Source: the human T2T-CHM13v2.0 reference genome, Homo sapiens
Assembly: GCF_009914755.1 (NCBI RefSeq)
Contig: NC_060945.1
Strand: one strand, 5' to 3'
Length of the DNA: 64,000 nucleotides
Every line of letters starts with the position of its first letter. Positions within the stretch are counted from its first letter, which is position 1. The notes under the pieces were generated by a model. The model saw only the letters and a program-made list of their open reading frames with translations, had not been told where the DNA came from and made no database searches. Positions 62,842 through 64,000 of this stretch are shown piece by piece. A program made the translations under genes and the position numbers.

Positions 62842-64000
62842 AAGATGGCAGAATAGAAGCAGCTCAGGTGTGCTGCTCTCGTAGAGAACAGAGGGGCTGG
62901 TGAACACTGACTCTGCAGGCCGATCGGCTGAGAAACCATGCTGGGATCAATTAAGGCAGCAGGGGACACAGAAAGCAGGGAAGAGTGAAGCTGGCACCAG
63001 CCTGTCTGGGTTCAGCATGGAGCCAGGAGAACCTCTCCAACACAGGAAACTGAATGAGTGACAGCCCCTTGGGACACTCACGCTCTCCACAGGGACCTGT
63101 GTAAAACTGAATGAGAGAATCCTCCTGGCATCCCCGGTCTCCCCACTGCACTTCTAGACTGAGGCAGAAAGTCAACTGGACATATTGCCGGGACAACTCT
63201 TGATTCCAAGGGAACCTCTACAAGCCTTGTGCCCTGGAGCAGACCAGCACTGGTGCCATAGCCCCAGTGGAGGCCACAGTTGTGGTGCCAACAATAAGAT
63301 TGCTCCACCTCACCTTGCTAGACAAGGCTCAGTGCCAGCTACTGGCCCAATAGTCCCACTTCTGTCCGAACTCAGCCAGTGGCTGCAGCCTCCTCTTGTT
63401 CCAGGAAACACCTGAATGGCAGAGCTGGCAACCTCACCCTCTGACACCGGTAGACAAGCAGGCAATGCTTTCTAGAGCTTCCAGCTAGCAGTACCGCTTT
63501 TGTGTGAACTCAGCCAGAGGGTGCAGCTTCCTGTTGTGGCGGGAAGCACCTGCACAGCAAAGCAGGCAACTGAACCCACTCCTGCCACTGGTAGCCAGGT
63601 GGGCAATTCCTGCTAGAGCTTCTGGCCAAGTGGTCCTGCTTCTGTTTGAACTTGGCTGGCAGGCACAGCCTCCTCTTATTGCTAGAAACATCCGGATGGC
63701 AGGGTGGGTGAATCCACTCACAGCACACTCCCCGCCCCTTGTAACCAGGCAAGTCACACCTGCTAGGGCTTCCAGCCTCGTAGTCCTACTTCAGCCTGAA
63801 TTTGCCAAGGGTTGCAGCAGCCTGTTGCCCCAGAAACACCCAGCAGCACTATTCACAATAGCAAAGATACGGAATCAACCTAAATGCCCATTAACGGAAG
63901 ACTGGATAAAGAAAATGTTGTATATGTACATCACGGAATACTACATAACCATAAAAAAGGATTATTTCGTGTCCTTTACAGGGACATGGTTGAAGCTGGA
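62842..64000 (+). mobile_element. Older primate L1 (about L1PA13-16/L1P4): 5'UTR (62842-63842) joined directly to the ORF2 3' end (63843-64000)
   Basis: Starts with the YY1 motif AAGATGGC. GC-rich 5'UTR with ~140-bp tandem units, then 'gcagcactattcacaatagcaaagat..ggaatcaacctaaatgccca', which is terminal ORF2 sequence. Confidence 0.8.

Noticed and set aside
63830-63860. Spliced L1 retrocopy (SpIRE) explanation for the 5'UTR-ORF2 junction
   Set aside because: The GCAG of the would-be acceptor is retained, and the equivalent position in the other 5'UTR monomers shows no GT donor; a microhomology deletion fits better.

Overview
Human-type genomic DNA: AT-rich and dense in primate repeats, including a human-specific AluYg6. 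It holds the 5' part of TMPRSS15 (enteropeptidase/PRSS7) on the minus strand plus about 41 kb of upstream sequence. Coding exons 1-4 were mapped by hand (23273-23129, 17978-17848, 17595-17528, 3449-3298). All have GT-AG boundaries and consistent phase, and they translate to the first 165 residues (cytoplasmic tail, signal-anchor, SEA domain). The ORF track catches only exon 4. The rest is intronic/intergenic: Alus, L1s (two twin-primed 5'-inverted copies, one with a large internal deletion), MaLR/ERV LTR elements, MIR/L2 remnants, microsatellites and local duplications. I see no evidence of a wholly new gene system. The best unexplained structure is a pair of ~500-bp inverted repeats (44932-45438 / 47419-47910) around a ~2-kb spacer. 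Their outer 300 bp are ~99% identical, their inner parts are more diverged, and one arm is fused to a truncated THE1A, which makes this a candidate recurrently inverting segment upstream of the gene. Other leads are a candidate poison exon in intron 3, a 55-bp VNTR just downstream of exon 4 and a splice acceptor in front of exon 1. Repeat subfamily calls come from recalled consensus features, not a database search, and boundaries of old repeats are approximate.
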